Source: Caldivirga maquilingensis IC-167 (GTDB lineage: Archaea > Thermoproteota > Thermoprotei > Thermoproteales > Thermocladiaceae). Taken from it: a stretch of 32,000 nt of DNA. The stretch lies in assembly GCF_000018305.1 (NCBI RefSeq), contig NC_009954.1, positions 210,001 to 242,000 of the forward strand. Direction: 5' to 3'. A program made the position numbers and the translations under genes. A model generated the notes under the pieces. The model saw only the letters and a list, made by a program, of their open reading frames with translations. It was not told where the DNA came from and did not search any database. Positions 24,243 through 32,000 of the stretch are shown here, piece after piece (the stretch's first letter is position 1; each line of letters opens with the position of its first letter).

Positions 24243-26426
24243 ATGGTTACTTCACTAAACCCCCTAAGCCTCCCCCTAGTAATACCATTAATTGGGTTAG
24301 CGTACGCACTATACAATACTCACTGGGTCCTCTCAAGGGATCCTGGAGATGAGAAACTGAAATGGATAAGTGATCTAATAGCTAAGGGTGCGGGGGCATT
24401 TCTTAAAAGGGAGTATAAGGTTATTCTCCCAACGGGCCTAATCCTAATGTTAATAATAGGTGCCACATATTACTTACTCTTCCATTCACCATCATTAGCA
24501 GCCTACTCAATGTTATCATTCGCCCTCGGGGCCGTGGGTAGTGGATTAGCAGGCTACATTGGTATGTATGTCACAACCAGGAGCGCCTCAAGAACGGCTG
24601 CAGCGGCTAGGGGAGGTATTGATGAGGCTCTTAAGGTTTCCTTCAGGGCTGGGAGCGTCATGGGTATTATACTGGCCAGTGTAGCGGTGTTAACAGTATC
24701 ATCACTGTACTTAGCCTACTCCGCATTGGTTAAGGATTGGGCATTAGCCATAGCCCCCGTGGCCCTTGGTGCAAGCCTAATGTCACTCTTCATTAGGGTT
24801 GCTGGGGGTATTTACACTAAGGCCGCTGACTGGGGTGCGGACATGGTTGGTAAGGTTGAGTCAAACATACCTGAGGATGACCCAAGGAATCCAGGGGTTA
24901 TAGCTGATAATGTGGGTGATAATGTTGGTGATGTTGCAGGCATGGCCAGTGACGTCTATGAGAGCTTCATAGTTGTCCTCACCGGGTCACTCATATTAAT
25001 CTCAGTATTCAATATACCTAAGGTATTCGCATCACTAATACTATCAGTAACATCACTAGTACTCCTCTCAACACTACTGGGTATACAGGTGGTGAGGGGG
25101 AGGGTTAGTGGGAGGGATTTAGCCTTAGCATCAATGAGGAAGCTGGGTAATTCCCTAATAGTAACCGTGATCATTAGTTCACTACTTATCATAATTTACT
25201 CAATACTGGTTGTTAAGCCCTTGGAGGCCATGGCCCTCTCAATCAGTGTAATAATGGGTTTCGTAACAGCTGTGGCCGTATTATACATAACCCAGTACTT
25301 CACCCACTACACCTACGGACCCGTTAAGGATATTGCTAAGCAGGCATCATTATCAGCATCAAATGTAATAGTTGCAGGTTACTCATACGGCCTACTAAGC
25401 GCCACGCCAGTAATACTAATAGTTGCAGTAGCCCTCGGGGTATCATTCTACCTCGGTTACGTTTACATCCCAGCCTCAATGCCCATTGAAGGTGGTATAA
25501 TGGGTACGGCCTTGGCTTCAGTTGGCTTACTGAGCTTAGCAGGCATAGTTATTTCACTTGACTCCTACGGACCCGTTAGTGATAATGCTAATGGTTTAGT
25601 GGAGATGGCTGGGCTTGGTGATGAGACTAGGATGGTTACTGACGCGCTTGATGCAATAGGCAATACATATAAGGCTACGACTAAGGGTTACGCCATAGCC
25701 AGTGCCGGTTTAGCATCACTAGTGTTATTCATAGGCTTTATTTATGAAGCAGTAAGCTACAGTAATCCAGCTAATGGCGCCTTAACCGTTGCATTAAATT
25801 ACCTTAATGTAATTAATCCACTACTCCTCGTGGGCATACTAATGGGTGCTGTCTTAGTTTACGTATTCTCATCAAGACTACTCACAGCCGTGGGTAAGGC
25901 CGCCTCTGAGCTTGTTGAGGAGATTAGGAGGCAATTCAGGACGAGGAGGATTCTCGAGGGTTTAGATAAACCTGATTACGATAGGGCAATAGACATAGCC
26001 ACTAGACATGCCTTAAGGGAATTCATGCCTCCCGCATTACTGGCTGTGGCAATGCCAATAATAGTTGGCTTAACCCTGGGTTGGGTTGCCTTAGCTGGCC
26101 TAATACTGGGCACTATAATAGTTGGATTCCCCAGAGCCCTACTAATGGCTAACGCTGGTGGCGCATGGGATAACGCTAAGAAACTCATTGAGGCTATGCT
26201 TGACCCTGAACTTGGGGGTAAGGGTAGTGTAGCCCATAAGAACGCAGTCATAGGTGACGTGGTTGGTGACCCATTCAAGGACACTGCGGGGCCATCCCTG
26301 AACCCATTAATAAAGGTGGTTAACACAGTATCAATAGTGTTCGCGCCTGCAGTAGCCATGGTTAGTGCCGTAAACCCAGTGGCCCACTTAGGTTACTTAA
26401 TACTACTGCTTATTCACCTGCTTTAA
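24243..26426 (+). CDS. hppA: Membrane-bound proton-translocating inorganic pyrophosphatase (K+-independent signature)
   Basis: GVIADNVGDNVGDVAGMASDVYES, GNTYKATTKGYAIASA, and DPFKDTAGPSLNPLIKV. Size 727 aa, polytopic. Confidence 0.96.
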   Translation: MVTSLNPLSLPLVIPLIGLAYALYNTHWVLSRDPGDEKLKWISDLIAKGAGAFLKREYKVILPTGLILMLIIGATYYLLFHSPSLAAYSMLSFALGAVGSGLAGYIGMYVTTRSASRTAAAARGGIDEALKVSFRAGSVMGIILASVAVLTVSSLYLAYSALVKDWALAIAPVALGASLMSLFIRVAGGIYTKAADWGADMVGKVESNIPEDDPRNPGVIADNVGDNVGDVAGMASDVYESFIVVLTGSLILISVFNIPKVFASLILSVTSLVLLSTLLGIQVVRGRVSGRDLALASMRKLGNSLIVTVIISSLLIIIYSILVVKPLEAMALSISVIMGFVTAVAVLYITQYFTHYTYGPVKDIAKQASLSASNVIVAGYSYGLLSATPVILIVAVALGVSFYLGYVYIPASMPIEGGIMGTALASVGLLSLAGIVISLDSYGPVSDNANGLVEMAGLGDETRMVTDALDAIGNTYKATTKGYAIASAGLASLVLFIGFIYEAVSYSNPANGALTVALNYLNVINPLLLVGILMGAVLVYVFSSRLLTAVGKAASELVEEIRRQFRTRRILEGLDKPDYDRAIDIATRHALREFMPPALLAVAMPIIVGLTLGWVALAGLILGTIIVGFPRALLMANAGGAWDNAKKLIEAMLDPELGGKGSVAHKNAVIGDVVGDPFKDTAGPSLNPLIKVVNTVSIVFAPAVAMVSAVNPVAHLGYLILLLIHLL

Positions 26427-26479
26427 TGAAGCATTGAGTGTTAGAAACACATTTTAAACCCAAATTAAGTGGTGAATCC

Positions 26480-27721
26480 ATGGGGACTAGGATAAGTAGA
26501 TTAGGTATTAGGAAGGTTTTCACAGGGAGGGGTGATTTAACCGTTGAGGTTGAGGTGCATCTTGATGATGGATGGGGTAGGGCTATTGCACCAGCTGGTG
26601 CATCAAGGGGTAAGCACGAGGTTAAGTACTTCCCAGATGAGGGCGTTGATGCAGCTATAGACGTCTTCAAGAGGTGGGTTGAACCAGGCCTAATAGGCAT
26701 GGATGCTGTTAACCAGGTCGCGGTGGATAAGAAGCTTGAGGAGATTGATGGAACCTGGGACTTCTCTAAAATAGGGGGTGCTGTGGCTGTGGCTACATCA
26801 ATGGCTAATGTAGTGGCTGTGGCTGATTCAAAGGGATTATGGCCGTATCAAGTGATTGGCGGTTCATTAGCCAACGTGATACCATACCCATTAGGCAACA
26901 CTATTGGTGGTGGTAAGCACAGTAGGGGCCTTGGGCCTGATTACCAGGAATTCCTAATCCTACCCTACGGTGCACCCGACATATATACAGCCGTATACAC
27001 TAACATGGAGGTTCATAGGGAGGTTGGGAGGATACTGGCTAAGGAGGACCCAACCTTCGCTGGTGGTAGGAATGATGAGGGGGCGTGGACTGCTAAAATA
27101 TCCACTGATAAGGCCCTTGAGGTACTTAGCTCAGCTGTTAAGGAGGTTTCAAGAAGACTTGGTGTTGAGATTGGCCTAGGTATTGATGCCGCATCATCAA
27201 GTATGTGGAATGGTAAAGCCTACGTATACACTAATGAGGGGAGGGAGTTAACTCCAAGGGAGCATTTTGAAAGGATTAAGAGTATAATTGAGAAGTATGA
27301 TTTAATTTACATTGAGGACCCATTCCATGAGGAGGATTTCCAATCATTCGCTGAGTTAACGGCATTGTTTAAGGATAGGCTTATTGTTGGTGATGACTTA
27401 TTCACAACCAACCCAGATAGGTTAGCTATTGGTATTCGTGAGAAGGCGACTAACGCCGTTTTAATTAAGGTTGATCAAATAGGTACTGTGACGAGGGCCC
27501 ATGAGACTGTTAGGCTTGCGTTAAATAATGGCTACAGGATAGTGGTTTCACACAGGTCTGGTGATACTGAGAGTGGATTATTAGCACACATAGCCGTTGG
27601 CTTCAAGGCACCCATAATTAAGACAGGCATAATGGGTAGTGAACGCGTTGCCAAGGCTAATGAACTATTGAGGATTTGGGATCACTTAAGTGGTGTAGCC
27701 AGGATGGCTAAGATTAAGTAA
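26480..27721 (+). CDS. eno: Enolase (phosphopyruvate hydratase)
   Basis: GDLTVEVEV, APAGASRGKHEV, LIKVDQIGTVT, and SHRSGDTESGLLAHIAVG. I prefer the ATG at 26480 (TATA ATTTTAAA at 26451-26458, GGTGA at 26471-26475) to the track's GTG at 26438. Confidence 0.95.
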   Translation: MGTRISRLGIRKVFTGRGDLTVEVEVHLDDGWGRAIAPAGASRGKHEVKYFPDEGVDAAIDVFKRWVEPGLIGMDAVNQVAVDKKLEEIDGTWDFSKIGGAVAVATSMANVVAVADSKGLWPYQVIGGSLANVIPYPLGNTIGGGKHSRGLGPDYQEFLILPYGAPDIYTAVYTNMEVHREVGRILAKEDPTFAGGRNDEGAWTAKISTDKALEVLSSAVKEVSRRLGVEIGLGIDAASSSMWNGKAYVYTNEGRELTPREHFERIKSIIEKYDLIYIEDPFHEEDFQSFAELTALFKDRLIVGDDLFTTNPDRLAIGIREKATNAVLIKVDQIGTVTRAHETVRLALNNGYRIVVSHRSGDTESGLLAHIAVGFKAPIIKTGIMGSERVAKANELLRIWDHLSGVARMAKIK

Positions 27722-27752
27722 TGTTTTTAACTAACCGAGTTGGTTAACACGC

Positions 27753-28454
27753 ATGTCTAGTAAGAGGGTGGTTACGGTTAAGTATGATGCTAAGGGTGAG
27801 CATTTCGAAATAATTGTTGACCCTGAATACGCCCTTGAATTTAAACTAGGTAAACCAATAAGCCTAGATAAGGTTCTCATAACTGATACCGTTTTCAGGG
27901 ACTCCAAGAGGGGGTTAAGGGCCTCTGAAATAGCCCTTAAGAGAGTCTTCGGAACCACTGACCACAGGAAGGCTGCTGAGATAATACTAAGGAACGCTGA
28001 GATACCGTTAACCTCAGAGCAGAGGAGGAGGCTTATTGAGGATAAGAAGAAGCAGATAATAGATTGGATTAGTAGGAATTGCATCGACGCTAGGACAAAA
28101 GCCCCCCTACCACCCCAGAGGATTGAGTTAGCCTTAAATAACGTGGATGTGGCAATTGACCCGTTTAAAGGTGTTGATGAGCAGATTAACGATGTGTTAA
28201 AGGCTCTTCAAAAGGTCATACCAATAAAGGTTGCTGTAGCTACCCTGGAGGTAACCGTTGGCCCTGAACACGGGCAGAGGGTTAAGTCAGCCTTAGCTAG
28301 GATGGGTAGGATACTTAAGGAGCAGTATGATGAGTCAGGTAACTTAATCCTTCAACTGGAGGTGCCGGCTGGGTTGCAGGATACTGTTATTGGGAAGGTT
28401 AATGAAATGACCCATGGGGAGAGTGAAGTTAAGTTACTTGGTGTGTCGACTTAA
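27753..28454 (+). CDS. SBDS-family ribosome maturation protein (Sdo1 homologue)
   Basis: VVTVKYDAKGEHFEIIVDPEYALEFKLGKPISLDKVLITDTVFRDSKRGLRASE is the typical SBDS N-terminal domain. Size 233 aa. Confidence 0.9.
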   Translation: MSSKRVVTVKYDAKGEHFEIIVDPEYALEFKLGKPISLDKVLITDTVFRDSKRGLRASEIALKRVFGTTDHRKAAEIILRNAEIPLTSEQRRRLIEDKKKQIIDWISRNCIDARTKAPLPPQRIELALNNVDVAIDPFKGVDEQINDVLKALQKVIPIKVAVATLEVTVGPEHGQRVKSALARMGRILKEQYDESGNLILQLEVPAGLQDTVIGKVNEMTHGESEVKLLGVST

Positions 28455-28496
28455 TTTTGAATATGGTTTATAAAACGGTTTAATTAAACGGTTCCA

Positions 28497-29177
28497 GTGT
28501 CAGTCAGTAAGTTTGACATAGTGCCCATTAGGATTTACGGCACAGCCAGTATAGGTGTCTACATGGCTACTAATGATGAATACGCCTTAATACCCATGGA
28601 TTCCCCTGAGAAGATTGATAGGCACATTGAAGAAACCCTTAAGGTTAACGTTGTTAAATTAACCATAGGTAGATCCCCGCTCCTAGGTGTTTTCACAGTC
28701 ATGAATAATAACGGTGTACTAATACCCTCAATAATTAGGGATGAGGAACTTGAGCAATTAAAGAAGTCACTGGGTGACTTAAACATCACTATCCTACCAT
28801 CTAAGTACACGGCTATAGCTAATTTAATACTGGTTAATAATAAGAGGGGGTTAGTGTCACCGATAATTGAACGGGAGTACGTGAATCTAATTAAGGATAA
28901 TTTAGGCGTTGAACTTGAGGTTAGGGATATTAGGGGATTATACATAATCGGCTCACTAGCCGTTGTTAATGATAGGGGTGTGTTGGTTTCCCCTGAGGTT
29001 GATGAAGGTGATGTAAGCTTCCTTAGGGAATTCTTTGGCCTAAGGGTTGGTATAGGTACTATAAACAGGGGCATTAGCCTAATTAGGAGCGGCATGATTG
29101 CTAATAATAAGGGTGCTGTGGTGGGTGACTCAACCACTGGTTTCGAAATGATGAGGATAACGGAGGTTTTGGGTTAA
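28497..29177 (+). CDS. eif6: Translation initiation factor 6 (aIF6)
   Basis: IRIYGTASIGVYMATNDEYALIP plus repeated ...G.L..P.. pentein-like segments. Size 226 aa. The GTG start is supported by TTTATAAAA (28467-28475) 22-30 nt upstream. Confidence 0.92.
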   Translation: MSVSKFDIVPIRIYGTASIGVYMATNDEYALIPMDSPEKIDRHIEETLKVNVVKLTIGRSPLLGVFTVMNNNGVLIPSIIRDEELEQLKKSLGDLNITILPSKYTAIANLILVNNKRGLVSPIIEREYVNLIKDNLGVELEVRDIRGLYIIGSLAVVNDRGVLVSPEVDEGDVSFLREFFGLRVGIGTINRGISLIRSGMIANNKGAVVGDSTTGFEMMRITEVLG

Positions 29178-29182
29178 TGACC

Positions 29183-29237
29183 ATTCAGGACGCCCATTAA
29201 TCTTCACTTCCTCTGACTACCGTCATCTCATCACCAG
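29183..29237 (-). ncRNA. C/D box sRNA candidate (2'-O-methylation guide)
   Basis: The minus strand reads ctg-GTGATGA-gatgacggtagt-CAGA-ggaa-GTGAAGA-ttaatgggcgtc-CTGA-atgg. That is C(7)-12 nt-D'(4)-4 nt-C'(7)-12 nt-D(4), the canonical archaeal architecture with 12-nt guides. It is intergenic, about 90 nt downstream of rps27e on the same strand. Confidence 0.6.
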
Positions 29238-29325
29238 TTAACAACACCAACCACCTCAAATTTAAACCTTAACCACTCAATCTGAGGCAGGATGAGTTGA
29301 AAGGTACCTTAATTGAAGTGGGTTA

Positions 29326-29526
29326 TTAATCAAGCACCCTAACCACTGTACCCAGTACCTCAGCCCTACCCCCAGTTGGCCTGGCTAGGAGGTTACCGCA
29401 GACTAGGCATCTAACCTCCACAGTGGCGTGGTCAAATATTATCTGCTCATTACCGCATTGGTTGCACCTAACCCTAATGAACCTTGACTTAGGTGCTGGT
29501 ATTAACACGCTCCTGAAGTTAGGCAT
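29326..29526 (-). CDS. rps27e: 30S ribosomal protein S27e
   Basis: C4 zinc ribbon RVRCNQCGNEQIIFDHATVEVRCLVCGNLLARPTGGRAEV. The start is moved to M20 of the tracked ORF (MPNFRSVLIPAPKSRF...) because TTTATAAAG (29549-29556) sits inside the longer ORF, 23-30 nt upstream of 29526. Confidence 0.9.
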   Translation of the reverse strand: MPNFRSVLIPAPKSRFIRVRCNQCGNEQIIFDHATVEVRCLVCGNLLARPTGGRAEVLGTVVRVLD

Positions 29527-29720
29527 ACCATCCATGCAGCCCCATGGGTTTATAAAGATTACACTAACATGCACTTGAAACACCTAAATATGAGCCACCC
29601 ACCATACCATTAGCATTAAGGGCCCGGGAATTAATTTAATAACCTGCATTCACGTTAATACAGTAACACATACGCATTACTATTATTTAATTTAAATAAC
29701 CATATTTAATGCTCCTGGAA

Positions 29721-29981
29721 TCAACCCTGGTACTCAACTAATACTGATCCATCCTCACGCTTAGTTACCTTAACCTTAATTCTTGATGGTGGTTTTTGAA
29801 TACCCCTGCTCCAGAGTAGATTATTTAGGTTTTCATTTAACTTAACCTTATCCTCATCAACCTTAACATACCTAGCGATTATTCTCTTAATGAACCTAGC
29901 TGCATAAGGCGCCCTTATTCTCCTTGACGCCTCCTTAACATCCCTTAGGTTTATCGTGAGTATAATCTCATTACTCGACAT
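29721..29981 (-). CDS. rpl31e: 50S ribosomal protein L31e
   Basis: INLRDVKEASRRIRAPYAARFIKRIIARYV...LNENLNNLLWSRGIQKPPSRIKVKV. Confidence 0.9.
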   Translation of the reverse strand: MSSNEIILTINLRDVKEASRRIRAPYAARFIKRIIARYVKVDEDKVKLNENLNNLLWSRGIQKPPSRIKVKVTKREDGSVLVEYQG

Positions 29982-29985
29982 TCAA

Positions 29986-30144
29986 TCACCCTAACTTAAG
30001 CTTAACCCTCCTCCAATTCCTACGCTTAGTATTGTACGTAACCTTCCTGTCTGTTTTAACCATGACCCAGGCTGGTGGATTCCTATTAGACTTCCCTGCT
30101 GACGCCAGCCTGAGCTTGAAGCCCAATGGCTTATGGGTAGCCAT
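29986..30144 (-). CDS. rpl39e: 50S ribosomal protein L39e (52 aa; below ORF-track cutoff)
   Basis: Minus-strand ATG at 30144. Translation: [52 protein letters not shown]. It lies 4 nt upstream of rpl31e and 5 nt downstream of the PDCD5-like gene. Confidence 0.88.
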   Translation of the reverse strand: MATHKPLGFKLRLASAGKSNRNPPAWVMVKTDRKVTYNTKRRNWRRVKLKLG

Positions 30145-30149
30145 ATTAC

Positions 30150-30500
30150 TCACCTGAACCTTATCCTATACTCCCTCCTGGTTTGGCTATAGACCGTTTC
30201 CAGTATCTTTTTAAGTTCTTCGTCTGTTATAGGAACCTTAATTCTACCTGACTGAGCTAGGGCAATTAACTGATTCTCAATTGATTCAACTAACTCAGGT
30301 TTAATAAGCCTAAGGTTATCAAGCCTACTCCTAGCCTCTGGGGTTAATATAACCCTTATAACAGCCCTCCTCTGAGCCTCCTCAGCCCTCTTCCTCTCCT
30401 CTTCCTCAGCCTTACGCTGAAGCTCCTCAAGCCTTCTTCTCCTAGCCTCCTCAAGCTCATCCTCATCTTGAATATTATCCTCATCGTCGTAGTAACTCAT
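30150..30500 (-). CDS. PDCD5/TFAR19-like double-stranded DNA-binding protein
   Basis: An acidic N-terminus and a charged helix are followed by [52 protein letters not shown]. The gene occupies its usual archaeal position upstream of rpl39e-rpl31e. Confidence 0.8.
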   Translation of the reverse strand: MSYYDDEDNIQDEDELEEARRRRLEELQRKAEEEERKRAEEAQRRAVIRVILTPEARSRLDNLRLIKPELVESIENQLIALAQSGRIKVPITDEELKKILETVYSQTRREYRIRFR

Positions 30501-30523
30501 ACATCACTAAGTTGCGCATTGGC

Positions 30524-30531
30524 TTTAAAAA
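30524..30531 (-). promoter_or_regulatory. TATA box for the PDCD5-like/rpl39e/rpl31e operon
   Basis: The minus-strand TTTTTAAA lies 24-31 nt upstream of the ATG at 30500. Confidence 0.5.
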
Positions 30532-30766
30532 CCTAATGCCGGTCGCCTTCATGAAGTAAGCATCATGGTCATGAGGCGATTAATCAATGATTATTACCCA
30601 GGCTTTAAGTTAAGTGTAAATTGCTTCCTTATTTTACAAACTACTAAGTGTCAATAATAACTATGAAGCATTTAATCCACTTTAAGAACACATACCTTTA
30701 CATAATGAAGTAGGGGAATATAAATTATATAATAATATATTGTATTAAATAAAATAACTAGAAAAC

Positions 30767-30774
30767 TTTATAAA
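30767..30774 (+). promoter_or_regulatory. TATA box for gdhA
   Basis: TTTATAAA lies 32-39 nt upstream of the ATG at 30806. GGTGA (30796-30800) lies between them as a Shine-Dalgarno-like element. Confidence 0.5.
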
Positions 30775-30805
30775 GGCATGCAGATAGTACCCTCAGGTGA
30801 ACTAT

Positions 30806-32000
30806 ATGAACTCTGTACTGGGAATGCCCACGCAGTCAATATTCCTCCAGGACACGTTGAAAACTTTAATGAGAGCTGTTGAAGTAGGGGGATTCGATAA
30901 GATTGTATATGATTACTTATCCAGACCCATGAGGGTTATCGCCGTGTCAATACCAGTTAGGGTTAATGGGTCAATTACAATATTTGAGGGCTACAGGGTT
31001 CAGCACAATAATGCCTTAGGTCCATTTAAAGGCGGTATTAGATTCCACCCAGAGGTTACCTTAGGCGATGACATTGCATTAGCAACACTCATGACGCTTA
31101 AGAACTCCCTAGCCGGTATACCATACGGTGGTGGTAAGGGTGCTGTGAGGGTTAATCCAAAGACCCTTAAGGCGAAGGAACTTGAGGAATTGGCAAGGGG
31201 TTACGTTAGGGCATTATACAGTGCCCTAGGACCTGATGTTGATATCCCAGCACCGGACGTTGGAACAAACCCACAGATAATGGCCTGGATGGTTGATGAG
31301 TATAGTAAAATAGCTGGTAAGAACATTCCCGCAGTATTCACCGCGAAGCCTATTGAACTATGGGGTAACCCAGTGAGGGAGTACGCCACTGGGTATGGTG
31401 TAATAGTTGCTGCTGAAACCTTCATGAAGGAGCTCTTCGGCTCAGGATTAAGTGGAGCCAGGGTTTCAATACATGGGTTCGGGAACACTGGGCAGTGGGC
31501 GGCATACTGGGCCAGTAAAATGGGTGCTAAGGTTGTAGCTGTGGCCGATACCTCAGGTACGGTTTACGACCCCAATGGTATTGATGTTAATAAGGCCATG
31601 GAGGTTAAGAATAAGACAGGTAAGGTTATTGACTACCCCGGTGGCCAGAAGCTTAAACCCGATGATGCATTATACGTTAACGCTGATGTACTGGTACCAG
31701 CCGCAATAGAGAACACTATTAATGCAAGTAATGTATCAAGGGTTAAGGCTAAGTTAATAGTTGAGGGTGCCAATGGGCCAACAACCCCGGAGGCCGAGGA
31801 GTATTTGACGCAACACGGCGTAACCATAGTGCCCGATATACTAGCCAATGCGGGTGGAGTCATAATGAGTTACCTGGAGTGGGTTGAGAATCTCCAGTGG
31901 ATGACTTGGAGTGAGGATGAGACAAGGGATAGATTAGGGAAGATTATGGAGAATAATTCAAGGAAAGTAATGAATAAGTACAGTGAGTTAAAGGTCAAGA
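30806..32000 (+). CDS. gdhA: Glutamate dehydrogenase (C-terminus cut by window edge)
   Basis: Absent from the ORF track because there is no stop in the window. ATG at 30806 (in-frame alternative at 30824). Motifs: [39 protein letters not shown], and [11 protein letters not shown]. Confidence 0.95.
   Translation, partial: MNSVLGMPTQSIFLQDTLKTLMRAVEVGGFDKIVYDYLSRPMRVIAVSIPVRVNGSITIFEGYRVQHNNALGPFKGGIRFHPEVTLGDDIALATLMTLKNSLAGIPYGGGKGAVRVNPKTLKAKELEELARGYVRALYSALGPDVDIPAPDVGTNPQIMAWMVDEYSKIAGKNIPAVFTAKPIELWGNPVREYATGYGVIVAAETFMKELFGSGLSGARVSIHGFGNTGQWAAYWASKMGAKVVAVADTSGTVYDPNGIDVNKAMEVKNKTGKVIDYPGGQKLKPDDALYVNADVLVPAAIENTINASNVSRVKAKLIVEGANGPTTPEAEEYLTQHGVTIVPDILANAGGVIMSYLEWVENLQWMTWSEDETRDRLGKIMENNSRKVMNKYSELKVK

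Noticed and set aside
28559-29137. 192-aa minus-strand ORF opposite aIF6, with similar shadows at 8786-9031, 9449-9784, 13879-14130, 14653-14910, 17874-18080, 20675-21037, 21802-22072, 22249-22443, 24956-25192, 25976-26359, 26410-26700, 27731-28084, 31201-31488 and 31633-31863
   Set aside because: Each overlaps a gene with strong family motifs on the other strand, and none shows a recognisable motif.
30542-30579. Imperfect inverted repeat TCGCCTTCATGA ... TCATGAGGCGA upstream of the PDCD5-like operon
   Set aside because: It contains a bulge and has only 5+6 bp arms, and its position suggests no clear role. Noted only.

Overview
This window looks like a crenarchaeal chromosome segment, probably Thermoproteales-like. 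The evidence is split RNA polymerase A'/A'' genes, eukaryote-type ribosomal proteins S27e/L31e/L39e, aIF6, SBDS, TATA boxes about 22-32 nt upstream of most start codons (implying largely leaderless mRNAs), and a 25-nt CRISPR repeat of the crenarchaeal ...ATTGAAAG-like class. Most of the window is housekeeping: ClC channel (partial), Bcp peroxiredoxin, dihydropteroate synthase, rpoA1-rpoA2, SatP/YaaH-type transporter, APC permease with a class-V aminotransferase, M48 metalloprotease, H+-pyrophosphatase, enolase, SBDS, aIF6, an r-protein cluster with a PDCD5-like protein, and glutamate dehydrogenase (partial). Two patches look accessory. (1) At 1.47-8.58 kb, a palindrome-guarded promoter drives an Arch_ATPase-type AAA+ gene. 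It is followed by three translationally coupled genes: a 1097-aa AAA+ ATPase with a long C-terminal coiled coil and wHTH, a Cys-rich 195-aa protein, and a divergent NurA-family nuclease. No HerA, Mre11 or Rad50 is present. Two convergent genes abut this cassette: an unknown 246-aa protein and a membrane-tethered wHTH. This is my best candidate for an undescribed ATPase-nuclease (defence or DNA-end processing) system. (2) At 21.3-24.1 kb, a 389-aa protein with a C-terminal PD-(D/E)xK/QxxxY nuclease signature sits next to a cas-less 6-repeat CRISPR array that has an unusually long, compositionally odd leader. I also found features missing from the ORF track: a textbook-architecture C/D box sRNA candidate, rpl39e, a 57-codon ORF with its own TATA box and hairpin, and a probable frameshift in a retropepsin-like gene. 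No searches or computations could be run. All family assignments rest on motifs read directly from the translations.
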